The notes beneath the pieces were generated by a model. It ran no database searches, was not told the DNA's origin, and worked only from the letters and a program-made list of their open reading frames with translations. From an uncultured Gammaproteobacteria bacterium (GTDB lineage Bacteria > Patescibacteriota > Microgenomatia > Daviesbacterales > UBA10151): DNA of 64,000 nt. The stretch lies in NCBI GenBank assembly GCA_964523905.1, contig CAZFYQ010000001.1, forward strand, positions 40,718-104,717, written 5' to 3'. Below, in pieces: positions 46,967 through 55,878 of the stretch (positions within the stretch are counted from its first letter, which is position 1; every line of letters starts with the position of its first letter). The translations under genes and the position numbers were made by a program.

Positions 46967-47449
46967 ATGTCAAATAATCAAGTTAAATTAACAGTTGAGA
47001 AGGGTAAACAGGAAACTTTTATTGAGCGGGAATTTGAGGCTCCCAGAGAGGTCTTATTTAAAGCTATGACTGATCCAGAATATGTGGCTCAGTGGTGGAA
47101 TGATACATCTATTGAAAAGCTGGAAGCTAAATCCGGTGGCAGCTGGAGGTTTGTCTCTAAAATGAATGGACAGGAATTTGGGTTTCATGGAGTCTATCAT
47201 GAGGTGCTGGTTCCGTCTCGAGTAATAGAGACTTTTGAGTATGAGGGTTTACCGGAAACCGGGCATGTTATTTTGCAAACTTCTAAATTTGAAGAGCTGC
47301 CAGGTGGTCGGTCTAAACTAACTATTCAACAGGTTTTTCAATCAGTGGCAGATCGTGATGGAATGATCCAAAGCGGCATGGAAAAGGGTATGAGTGAGTC
47401 ATACGGACGTCTGGATAATCTTTTGGAAAAGTTAGCGAAAAAGGATTAG
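46967..47449 (+). CDS. SRPBCC-superfamily protein (AHSA1/START-like)
   Basis: [22 protein letters not shown] and overall helix-grip pattern; RBS AAAGGAGGTGA. Confidence 0.65.
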   Translation: MSNNQVKLTVEKGKQETFIEREFEAPREVLFKAMTDPEYVAQWWNDTSIEKLEAKSGGSWRFVSKMNGQEFGFHGVYHEVLVPSRVIETFEYEGLPETGHVILQTSKFEELPGGRSKLTIQQVFQSVADRDGMIQSGMEKGMSESYGRLDNLLEKLAKKD

Positions 47450-47596
47450 ATGGTGGTACTTTTATCCTATTTCTGGGGCTCACAAGATTGACAAAATTTT
47501 TTCCAGGTATATAATTCTTCTAAACATGGCTGGAATTGAAGAAGGGATGATATTGGAAGAATTATTCATTCTAGGCCAGTTTAAACTTTAATACGG

Positions 47597-47652
47597 TTGA
47601 CAAAGAGGTAAAAGATGTATATAAATAATAATATGTTATAAATTTATAACAT
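47597..47652 (+). promoter_or_regulatory. promoter (TTGACA-17-TATAAA) followed by a perfect 20-bp palindrome operator
   Basis: TTGACA 47597-47602, TATAAA 47620-47625; palindrome ATGTTATAAA|TTTATAACAT at 47633-47652, 6 nt before the ORF start. Confidence 0.5.
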
Positions 47653-47658
47653 GACTTT

Positions 47659-48018
47659 ATGCCTAACATCACTACAAAAGAAACAACAGTAACTAGTGGT
47701 GGAGGGAAAGCAGCCCAATCACAGACTATTGCGTATATTGTTTATTTTCTCTTTGGTGTGATTGAAATATTACTTTTGTTCCGTTTAGTATTTAGACTCT
47801 CAGGGGCTAATCCGGGCAGCAGTTTTGTAAGTTTTATCTATTCACTGACCCAATTATTTATAATGCCTTTTTCAGGGATATTTCCTCAAGCCAGCACCCA
47901 AGGCGTAGTTACAACTGCAGTTTTGGAGCCGGCAACGCTAGTTGCGCTTGTTGTATATGCTGTTTTAGCATGGGGGATTACGCAGTTAGTGGTGATATTG
48001 TCGGGGAGGCAAAAGTGA
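47659..48018 (+). CDS. YggT-family membrane protein
   Basis: Two TM helices with conserved YggT-like pattern (LLFRLVFRL ... IMPFSGIFP). Confidence 0.6.
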   Translation: MPNITTKETTVTSGGGKAAQSQTIAYIVYFLFGVIEILLLFRLVFRLSGANPGSSFVSFIYSLTQLFIMPFSGIFPQASTQGVVTTAVLEPATLVALVVYAVLAWGITQLVVILSGRQK

Positions 48019-48023
48019 AAAGT

Positions 48024-49225
48024 ATGAAAATCTATTACCGCTCTCTACGGGGGGGGTAGGAAAATTTACAGCTTTTGTTTTAGCATTACTACTGGTTTTC
48101 ATCACTGTCGGTTTTACAACTCCATCAAAAGTATTTGCTGCCACTTCACCCACACTAAGTGCGTTAAGTAATTACTCTGTTTTGGGTGGGGCAGCAGTAA
48201 CCTGTACTGGTGCAACTACTACAACAGGTGCTGTGGGGGTTTCTCCCGGCACCTCCATTACCGGTTTTCCCAGTCCGTGTACTGCAGGGGGTGGGACACA
48301 GTCTAATAACGCGAGTGCAATAGCTGCCCAAGCCGAAGCCCTATCTACATTCGCTACTCTTAACCAAACCTGTGATCAGACTTTTGGGGCAGTGGATTTA
48401 ACTGCTACCTTTCCCTCTGGTGTTGGCCCAGGCGTCTATTGTTCCACTAGCAGTTTCACTCTAACGGGAAATCTAAATCTGACCGGCTCAGGGGTTTGGA
48501 TTTTTAAATCTGTATCCACAATTATTACCTCTCCAGGCTCTTCTGTGACCGGAGGGGATGCTTGCAACATCTGGTGGAGGGTGGGTAGCTCTGCTACTCT
48601 TGATACAACAACTTCATTTAAAGGAAATCTTTTTGCTCTTAATGGCACTACCGCCCTGAATGCAGGCGCAACCGTGGACGGTCGGATTGTCGGACTAGCT
48701 GCCAATACCGTGACTTTAAACGCCAACACGATTAGTGGACCTACCTGTGCTGCTGCTGCCTCTAGCTCGTCTTCAGCCTCCGGTTCCAACGGTTCCAGCA
48801 GTTCCAATGGGCCAACTGCTCCATTTTGTCCAACTCTTGCAAGCACAATAATTGCACCCAGTATAATAGAGTCAAGAAGAGTTAGCCCTACCAGTGTCTT
48901 TGTTAGCTGGGGTCCATACTCTGGAGTTAATACATTTAATGTGCAATATGGTCTGACCAACGGGAGCTGGTTGTATAACGTGGATGTTAGTGGATTCTCT
49001 ACTACTATTAATAATCTTCCGGCAAACCAACCAATCTGGGTTAGAGTGGCAGCCAGAAGTGATTGTAGGGTAGGAACGTATGGAGAGTCAAAACTTGTTG
49101 GAGGACCAGGTTTGCCAAATACAGGGCTCGCTCCCCCACAGAGCAACATTCCCTGGTATATTCCAGCTGGTGTTTTGCTGCTTTTGTCCTCTTGTCTAAT
49201 CGGTATCTATGGACGGACAAAATAA
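48024..49225 (+). CDS. LPXTG-anchored surface protein with ice-binding-like (DUF3494-type) beta-helical domain and FN3-like domain; reading frame interrupted by G8 tract
   Basis: ATG at 48024 with RBS GGGGAGG gives MKIYYRSLRGG then stop. Frame +2 continues without a start codon as a canonical signal peptide (KFTAFVLALLLVFITVGFTTPSKVFA|ATSP) into the 48182-49225 ORF. C-terminal LPNTG + TM + RTK sorting signal. Confidence 0.7.
48049..48056 (+). repeat. homopolymeric G8 tract inside the signal-peptide coding region
   Basis: GGGGGGGG at 48049-48056; counted directly; separates the start codon frame from the mature protein frame. Confidence 0.9.
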
Positions 49226-49842
49226 AGCAACTCATGGGTCCCAAGTTCAGAAAAACCTTTTCAATAGCAGTGTTTGTACTACTGTCTATAATCTCGTTTT
49301 CCTATCTAATCTTTATTTTAAACAAACAAAGCGCGGTGGTTTATGCAAGCAGCCCGCTTGTTTTTGAACCAATATTATCAGCCGAAGTTCAAAAAAGGAG
49401 CCAAATATTACCGGTCCGCCTTAGAATTCCCAGTATCAATGTTGATGCTGCTGTTGAAAATGTCGGTCTAACGCCTGCAGGCGCAATGGAAGTACCAAGT
49501 AATATACTTGATGTTGGATGGTATACGCTTGGATCCCTTCCTGGCGCAACAGGCAGCGCTGTTATTTCCGGACATTTTGACGGCAGTACTGGTGAATCAG
49601 GGGTGTTTAATAATTTGGATAAATTAAAGCCGGGAGATAAAATATATGTTGTAAATGATCAAGGAGCAACTATTGTTTTTGTGGTTCGGGAAAGTCGAAC
49701 TTATAATCCGGGATATGCAGATGACGTTTTTTTCCCAAACGACAATGGCACACACCTCAATCTTATTACCTGTGATGGCGTGTGGGATGGAGCAAAAAAG
49801 AGTTATAGTAAACGTCTGGTAGTATTTTCAGATATTCTTTAA
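49192..49842 (+). CDS. sortase (class E/F-like transpeptidase)
   Basis: N-terminal TM, catalytic His (VISGHFD), Cys (LNLITCDG) and Arg; overlaps the LPXTG substrate gene end. Confidence 0.85.
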   Translation: MSNRYLWTDKIKQLMGPKFRKTFSIAVFVLLSIISFSYLIFILNKQSAVVYASSPLVFEPILSAEVQKRSQILPVRLRIPSINVDAAVENVGLTPAGAMEVPSNILDVGWYTLGSLPGATGSAVISGHFDGSTGESGVFNNLDKLKPGDKIYVVNDQGATIVFVVRESRTYNPGYADDVFFPNDNGTHLNLITCDGVWDGAKKSYSKRLVVFSDIL

Positions 49843-49860
49843 AAAAGGAGGTGAACAAAA

Positions 49861-50067
49861 ATGGCAAAAAATGACAAGGGCATGAATCCAGTAGTAGCTG
49901 GAGCAATTGGAGTTGCAGCTGGTGTAGTAGCCGGTGCTGCGACTGTAGCATTAGCTAATGAGAAGAATCGTGAAATGATAGGTGACAAGTTGGAGGAGAT
50001 TAAAGAAGAGGTACAGGATAAGGTTGAAGATGTTAAGCAGGATATTGAAGAAAAGGCTCAAAAGTAG
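49861..50067 (+). CDS. small amphipathic protein (68 aa)
   Basis: RBS AAGGAGGTGA; hydrophobic G/A-rich segment then a charged coiled-coil (EEIKEEVQDKVEDVKQDIEEKAQK). Confidence 0.55.
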   Translation: MAKNDKGMNPVVAGAIGVAAGVVAGAATVALANEKNREMIGDKLEEIKEEVQDKVEDVKQDIEEKAQK

Positions 50068-50089
50068 GAATTGAAGTTTCATAATCGTA

Positions 50090-50218
50090 GCAGGAAACCC
50101 TGCTTTCTTAAAGTAGGGTTGAATGCAAGATTACAGTCTTCCGCGGACACGGAAATGCTGCTACTTCTTGTAAACTTAGGAAGACCGCGGACTTTCAGTC
50201 CGCGGAAGTTTATAAACG
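50090..50218 (+). ncRNA. structured RNA element (3'-UTR structure or independent sRNA)
   Basis: Nested hairpins: AACCCTGCTTT-CTT-AAAGTAGGGTT (50096-50120); long-range CTTCCGCGGA/TCCGCGGAAG pairing (50137-50146 with 50187-50196); CCGCGGAC-TTTCAG-TCCGCGG; ends at the intrinsic terminator. Confidence 0.35.
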
Positions 50219-50255
50219 CCTCAGCTAACGTCGCAAGACCAGCTGAGGTTTTTTT
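50219..50255 (+). terminator. intrinsic (rho-independent) terminator
   Basis: CCTCAGCT...AGCTGAGG stem followed by T7. Confidence 0.7.
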
Positions 50256-50288
50256 GATATAATCTTCCCATGGGGTAAAAAGTAATGC

Positions 50289-50318
50289 TTGACTATTATA
50301 TCAATATTGATATATAAT
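50289..50318 (+). promoter_or_regulatory. promoter of the toxin-antitoxin operon (near-leaderless)
   Basis: TTGACT (50289-94), 17-18 nt spacer, TATAAT (50313-18); ATG at 50323. Confidence 0.45.
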
Positions 50319-50322
50319 AATT

Positions 50323-50679
50323 ATGGATTTTAATATTATCTATTACCAAGAAACCTCAGGAAAGTATCCTGTGGAAGAGTTTCTAATAGAGCTTAAAAGA
50401 ACAAATAGTATTCTTGCTGGGCAAGCTTTTAAAGGAATTGAGAAGCTAAGGAATAGAGCTTACCATAAAGAACCTTTATCAAAACATTTAGAACCAGGAT
50501 TATGGGAACTGAGAATTAAAACTGGAACGGATATATTAAGGATAATTTATACTTTTGAAAGGGGACAAATAATAATTTTATTACATAGTTTTGTAAAAAA
50601 AGATCAAAAAACACCGGTAAGCGAACTTGAAATGGCCAGGAGAAGATTAAAAGAGATAAAAACAAGAAAGGAGAAATAA
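50323..50679 (+). CDS. type II toxin, RelE/ParE superfamily (Gp49/HigB-like)
   Basis: 118 aa; pattern IIYYQETSGKYPVEEFL...LWELRI..GTDILRIIYTF typical of the Gp49-like toxin family; followed by an XRE antitoxin. Confidence 0.65.
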   Translation: MDFNIIYYQETSGKYPVEEFLIELKRTNSILAGQAFKGIEKLRNRAYHKEPLSKHLEPGLWELRIKTGTDILRIIYTFERGQIIILLHSFVKKDQKTPVSELEMARRRLKEIKTRKEK

Positions 50680-50680
50680 T

Positions 50681-51037
50681 ATGAACAGACCAAAAGATGA
50701 TTTAGATAGAACAATAGAACAAATTCTCAAGGAAGATCCTTCCTTTCAACAGGAATTGGATAAGGCCGATCGTGCGTGGGATATTGCTTTCCAAATTCGT
50801 GATCTGAGGGAAAAAGCGGGTTTAACCCAAAAGCGATTGGCGGAACTTGTGGGGACTAAGCAATCCAATATTGCCAGGATTGAAGATGCTGATTATACCA
50901 GCTACACCTTAACTACCTTAGAAAAAGTTACTAAAGCCCTTAAAGCTAAATTGGAAATCAGAATTGTTTCTACTAAATATAGAAATCACGCACATAAAGA
51001 ATCCTACCCGGCCGTTTCCCACAGAATTTCCAAATAA
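50681..51037 (+). CDS. XRE-family HTH antitoxin (HigA-like)
   Basis: HTH LTQKRLAELVGTKQSNIARIE; 2-nt gap after the toxin gene. Confidence 0.7.
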   Translation: MNRPKDDLDRTIEQILKEDPSFQQELDKADRAWDIAFQIRDLREKAGLTQKRLAELVGTKQSNIARIEDADYTSYTLTTLEKVTKALKAKLEIRIVSTKYRNHAHKESYPAVSHRISK

Positions 51038-51079
51038 CCCCGTTTCCTTTTAGCCACAAAAAGAGTAAAATTTCTCCAT

Positions 51080-51676
51080 ATGGAAAATATTATCTCAACA
51101 GAACAAGAATCTCCTACACAAGAAGTCAGAAAAATAGCTGAAGATTATTTGGATGAAAATTACAAATTCATAACTGGGTTAAGAGCCAGAATGCAATTTT
51201 TTATGGCTGGAAATTTGGCATTTCAAGAAATAGGAGCAGAGCTGGTTAGGATGGGGTATCCAGAGGACTCTTGGCCCAAAGCATTCCTTTGTGAAATTTC
51301 GGATACTGAGACTGCTCATGAACATAATATTCATGACTTTAATCCCAAAACTCATGCCAAAGGTTTTTATCTTAATAATACTTTTGCCACTCCAGGAGAT
51401 GAATTAAGATCAAGAGTAGTAAGTATCTCATTTATTGAGTTAGATGCAGGTCTCTCCAGAAAGTTTTACGATGATAAGACGGGTCAAGAAAAAAAAGAAT
51501 TTCTAGCTAAAATTTTGGAAAGACCAATTGTTCAAACACCAGGTGACGATAAAGCAACAACGTATCCACCTCATGCAGTTGTGCTGATGTCTGATAAAGC
51601 CGGGAAATACCAAATTGAGGATTTAGCAGTATCTGATAAATGGTTAGCAAATGCCCCAAATAGCAAAGGTCAATAA
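51080..51676 (+). CDS. hypothetical protein
   Basis: 198 aa ORF immediately upstream of ychF; no recognisable motif. Confidence 0.45.
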   Translation: MENIISTEQESPTQEVRKIAEDYLDENYKFITGLRARMQFFMAGNLAFQEIGAELVRMGYPEDSWPKAFLCEISDTETAHEHNIHDFNPKTHAKGFYLNNTFATPGDELRSRVVSISFIELDAGLSRKFYDDKTGQEKKEFLAKILERPIVQTPGDDKATTYPPHAVVLMSDKAGKYQIEDLAVSDKWLANAPNSKGQ

Positions 51677-52741
51677 ATGAGTCTTAAAGTTGGAATTGTG
51701 GGGTTGCCGAATGTTGGGAAGTCTACTTTATTTAATGCGCTTTTGAAAAAAAGAGTTGCGCTTTCTGCAAATTATCCTTTTGCGACAGTAGAACCTAATG
51801 TTGGAGTGGTGGCTGTACCAGATGACAGATTAAATAAGCTGGCAGAACTGGTAAAAGCAGAGGAAAAGATGGCGAATTTGCCACCTTTAGTTCCGGCAGT
51901 TGTGGAATTTGTCGATATTGCGGGACTGGTTAAAGGAGCTTCTACCGGAGCTGGTTTAGGGAATAAATTTTTGTCCCATATTAGGGAAGTAGATGCCATT
52001 ATTCATGTGCTGCGGGATTTTACAGATCCTAATATTGTTAGAGAAGGTAGTGAAAGCCCGGATGCGGATCGGTTAACCATTGAAACAGAACTGGGGCTGG
52101 CGGATTTACAGGTTCTGGAAAAGCTCGTGTTAGACAAAACTTTAGAAAAAGAACAGTTGGATATTTTAAACAGAATTTCTGAAGAGTTAAATGCCGGGCA
52201 TATTTTAGGCCATTTTGAAGTGGGGGAAAAACTGAAACCGTGGTTTGAGAAGCTGCCGTTGCTAGCCATAAAGCCGGTGCTTTATGTATATAACGTGGCT
52301 GAGGAGGATTTAAGATTTAAGATTAAAGATTTAAGAAATGACAACGAGATCGTCATATCAGCCAAGGTAGAGGAAGAGTTGGTGGATTTAACAGAACCTG
52401 AGCGGCTGGAATATCTCAAGGAAATGGGAGCTGAAGAAACAGGTTTAGAAAAATTAATTAAAGCAGCTTACAAGCTGTTGGGACTGGCTTCATATTTAAC
52501 AGCCGGAAAAAAAGAAGTCCGGGCCTGGACCATTAAAAAAGGCATGAAAGCTCCACAGGCAGCGGGTGTGATCCACACTGATTTTGAAAAAGCATTTATT
52601 AGAGCACAAGTAGTTGAATATCAAAAACTAATCGAAGCCGGAACTATGTCCGCTGCTAAATCCAAAGGTTGGGTGCGTACAGAGGGTAAAGATTATGAAG
52701 TCAAAGACGGAGACGTTATTGAATTCCTAATTGGTAGCTAA
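51677..52741 (+). CDS. ychF: redox-regulated ribosome-binding ATPase YchF
   Basis: G1 GLPNVGKST, NxxE (FNAL) signature of the YchF/Obg-like family, C-terminal TGS domain. Confidence 0.9.
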   Translation: MSLKVGIVGLPNVGKSTLFNALLKKRVALSANYPFATVEPNVGVVAVPDDRLNKLAELVKAEEKMANLPPLVPAVVEFVDIAGLVKGASTGAGLGNKFLSHIREVDAIIHVLRDFTDPNIVREGSESPDADRLTIETELGLADLQVLEKLVLDKTLEKEQLDILNRISEELNAGHILGHFEVGEKLKPWFEKLPLLAIKPVLYVYNVAEEDLRFKIKDLRNDNEIVISAKVEEELVDLTEPERLEYLKEMGAEETGLEKLIKAAYKLLGLASYLTAGKKEVRAWTIKKGMKAPQAAGVIHTDFEKAFIRAQVVEYQKLIEAGTMSAAKSKGWVRTEGKDYEVKDGDVIEFLIGS

Positions 52742-53914
52742 ACTTCTTACTGCTTGTTGTCGGCGGTTTTGTAAATCAAGGATATATTCCAAATGCCGAC
52801 CATACTGGTTGCCAAGCATTGCAATGTCGTGTAATTCTCCAAAAGCAGGTATTCTTAAATAATCACGACCCTCTAATGATAATAGACTTTCATAAATATA
52901 TTGCCCACTACTTTTCAAGGATCTTTCCCAGTCATTAAGCCGTCCTGTCAGATCAATCTGTGATCGAGACAGGTCTGCTTTTAATTCGCCATCATAACGG
53001 GTTTTAGAAATACAATCCACTACCGCGGCTGTAAAGTAAAAAGAGAATATTTGGAAGGGGAGTAACGGGCCCTGTTTATCTGTTTGGCCACGGGTTAAGG
53101 GATCAAGAGCTGCTATTTTATCTTCCAAATTTGGTAATGGGTAACGTCTTTGAAAAGTTTCAAATCCCAGCAGATTAAGTTCACCCGTTAGTACTTGAGC
53201 TGCTCTTTGGACCATGCGTTTCTTAGCATATGGCCCGATATTAGCAAATAGTTCTTTTGTGGAACGGCGTACTGCATATTCATCTAAGCGTTCGCCACTT
53301 AAAAGACGGACATAAATACAGGCAACGTCGCCATTTTCCTTAACTTTTTCTAAATTACTTAAGGCATTATAGCGTTTTTCATCATCTGCAGTTAATCCTA
53401 AGCCCTCATACCATTTTTTAAACTCTTGATGGTCTATTACTAAAATTGCCAACCCGCGTGAAGTCCGGCCAGCTAAAGCAGCTACTTCGTTGCTAATATC
53501 CATATCCATTTGAGCATGTCTCACTCCGAAAAAACCAAGAGGATCATGGCTTGGTTCACCATGAAAATTCGTGGCCCGAAATGACATTCCCGGACCTTTT
53601 GCATTTACTTGATTGAAACAATCTGCCCATTCATCAATCAGACGAGTATGAAATGATAAATTAACGCCTCGATGCATCGTAGGAGCTTGAGTAAAATTTA
53701 TCCGCAGACTGTTTCTACCAACAGCAAAATACCCGGCTCTTTTAATTATTTCATCTTCATTAAATAATCTAGTTAGTTTCGGATCAGTCACTCCGGCCAT
53801 CATTTCCGGGTTAAAATGCACGCTTGCAATCACCTGTCGGGGCAGGGGTTCCCAATAGCCGCCACAAGACAATTCGTTTCTATGGACAGTAGTCATTTCA
53901 GGATTTATATTCAT
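52727..53914 (-). CDS. hypothetical protein (395 aa), compositionally distinct
   Basis: Long ORF with visibly higher GC than its neighbours; no motif recognised. Confidence 0.5.
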   Translation of the reverse strand: MNINPEMTTVHRNELSCGGYWEPLPRQVIASVHFNPEMMAGVTDPKLTRLFNEDEIIKRAGYFAVGRNSLRINFTQAPTMHRGVNLSFHTRLIDEWADCFNQVNAKGPGMSFRATNFHGEPSHDPLGFFGVRHAQMDMDISNEVAALAGRTSRGLAILVIDHQEFKKWYEGLGLTADDEKRYNALSNLEKVKENGDVACIYVRLLSGERLDEYAVRRSTKELFANIGPYAKKRMVQRAAQVLTGELNLLGFETFQRRYPLPNLEDKIAALDPLTRGQTDKQGPLLPFQIFSFYFTAAVVDCISKTRYDGELKADLSRSQIDLTGRLNDWERSLKSSGQYIYESLLSLEGRDYLRIPAFGELHDIAMLGNQYGRHLEYILDLQNRRQQAVRSLATN

Positions 53915-53988
53915 AGCCGATAATATTACCTAATTTGAGCAGATATTTCCACAAGTTAAGTTGATCTTTACTATAGGGTCTAGTATAA

Positions 53989-55872
53989 TTGTCATGTATG
54001 ATGGAATTGGAAATTGAAAATACGTATGCCAGGATTTTCCATGGTGACTTTGACCAACCTGAAGTTAACGGTACAGTATTACCAACTTTTAACCGTGTGG
54101 CAATTATTGGAGCAGGGGGAAAAGTAGGCAGTTTAATTACTGAAAACTTATCTCAGGTTCCAGGATTATCAGTGGATCCAGTTTTTCGAGGCGGAATTGC
54201 CACCGAAATGGCTAAGCATCCGGATTTGGTTATCCTGGCTACACCTAATCCAGCAGATCAACCACTTGAAGAATTAGCTGCTGCCTCCCAGGAGCCTTAT
54301 ATCTTGGTATTGATGCAAAATGGTATTGGAGTTGCGTCTGTAGCAGAAAGAAAGTTTAAGCTGGCTAAATCTAGAGGGAATGTGAGGATAGCCAGAGTTC
54401 TTTTACGTACTACTTTAGCTGAGGATGAGGAAGGCCATTTAATCTATGATCCTAAACAAAAGAAAATTGCATTATCACCCGTATATCATAAAGATGAACC
54501 TGATGCTGAAACTGATTTAGCTGTTGAGCAAACCTCCAGACTATTTGCCGCCACTGGATTTGAAGTAACACCGGTTAATAATTTCCGTACAGCAGAATTA
54601 GGGAAAAATGTGCTTAACTCTTTGGGACTCCTAGCCGCTGTTTTGCCGGGTTATGAAACTTGGCAAGACATTGCTTCGGATCGAAAGTTATTTGGTATAG
54701 CGCATGAGGCTATTTGCGAAAGTATTGATGTTCCAACTGCCGCAGGTAAAAAACCTGCTGAAATCTGGGAAGTAGGTAAGCTTAAGATGCTGGCTCGGGT
54801 ACCAGCACGAGTAATTAATGATCAAGGGGTGTTAGGAAATCAAGTTAGAGAGACTCTTGGTAATAAATTAGCCAAAGCTAGAAATAACCTTTTGCCAGCA
54901 ACGGCCGTAGCCATAAAAAATGGTGCCAAAGAAGTAGAAGCAACTGAAAGTGTACTGGCACCAATAATCCATTTAGCCAGTGGAAACGGTTTGGAAGCAC
55001 CAGTACACAGGGCAATTTATCAATTATTGAAAAGACACGCAAGCTCACGTAATAGTTTTTCCTTAACTGATTTAACACAGGAGGAACAAAGGCAAGAATT
55101 GTTGGACATTGTGGAGTTGGAAAAAGACCCGGTGTTTGTTGAGCAAGCTCAGGTGCGAGGAATTCCATATAAAAAGATACTTCTAGAGGCTCTTTTTAAT
55201 CACTATGCCGATACAGTCACTATTACTGGGGAGGAAAATTTAGCACCGATTACAGAAACTTTAGAGCAAGGTCTAAGTTTTTTGCTACTGTCAAATCACC
55301 GGGGGCATGCTGACCATGCTTTGCATATGATTGCACTCAGGAAAAGCCTACCAGCATCAGTTCGGCATGTTCCAGTTTATATTGTGGCCAATCGAATTTT
55401 TGATATAGAAGATATTTCTAATTGGTTTAGTGCCGCTTATGCTCACCCAATTGTTAGTACTTTAAATCGTGATGATAATGAAGAGACCGAGTGGCGTGCG
55501 CAAATTTTTAATGACCGCGCTCTTAAAAAGATGAGAATTGTGTTAAAAGAACCAGCTATTGTTCTGGTCTATCCAGAAGGAACCAGGAATCGTCATCCGG
55601 ATGATGGTTTGAATCCTCCTGCTTTTCATAGTTCCGACTGGCTTTTTAATGCTAATTTTGGTCGGGTTGGAACCGCGGCAGTGTCAGGTACGGAAAAAAT
55701 GTTGACCCCGGGTGCAGGGTGGCCGCAACATGCGGATTTAACAATCCATTATAATGAGACAGAAGATCCTGCAAGCTTAAGAAAAGAGAGAATATTTATT
55801 CCTAGAGATAAACGGGATGAATATTTCATGGGCCGGTTTATGAAACAAATTGAAGCAGCCTTGGTAGCCTAA
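53989..55872 (+). CDS. fusion protein: N-terminal NAD(P)-binding Rossmann reductase-like domain (ApbA/PanE- or GpsA-like) + C-terminal PlsC-type acyltransferase
   Basis: N-terminus VAIIGAGGKVGSL; C-terminus LLSNHRGHADH (H-x4-D acyltransferase motif I) and YPEGTRN (motif III). Confidence 0.6.
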   Translation: MSCMMELEIENTYARIFHGDFDQPEVNGTVLPTFNRVAIIGAGGKVGSLITENLSQVPGLSVDPVFRGGIATEMAKHPDLVILATPNPADQPLEELAAASQEPYILVLMQNGIGVASVAERKFKLAKSRGNVRIARVLLRTTLAEDEEGHLIYDPKQKKIALSPVYHKDEPDAETDLAVEQTSRLFAATGFEVTPVNNFRTAELGKNVLNSLGLLAAVLPGYETWQDIASDRKLFGIAHEAICESIDVPTAAGKKPAEIWEVGKLKMLARVPARVINDQGVLGNQVRETLGNKLAKARNNLLPATAVAIKNGAKEVEATESVLAPIIHLASGNGLEAPVHRAIYQLLKRHASSRNSFSLTDLTQEEQRQELLDIVELEKDPVFVEQAQVRGIPYKKILLEALFNHYADTVTITGEENLAPITETLEQGLSFLLLSNHRGHADHALHMIALRKSLPASVRHVPVYIVANRIFDIEDISNWFSAAYAHPIVSTLNRDDNEETEWRAQIFNDRALKKMRIVLKEPAIVLVYPEGTRNRHPDDGLNPPAFHSSDWLFNANFGRVGTAAVSGTEKMLTPGAGWPQHADLTIHYNETEDPASLRKERIFIPRDKRDEYFMGRFMKQIEAALVA

Positions 55873-55878
55873 AGAAGA

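Noticed and set aside
48436-49244. 237-aa and 67-aa minus-strand ORFs
   Set aside because: Antisense to the LPXTG surface-protein gene, whose sense frame carries the signal peptide, DUF3494-like repeats and the LPNTG sorting signal. The long antisense frame is a consequence of the codon-biased T/G/S-rich sense sequence.
50071-50262. 63-aa plus-strand ORF
   Set aside because: Composed of the stem sequences of the structured RNA element and its terminator; no RBS.
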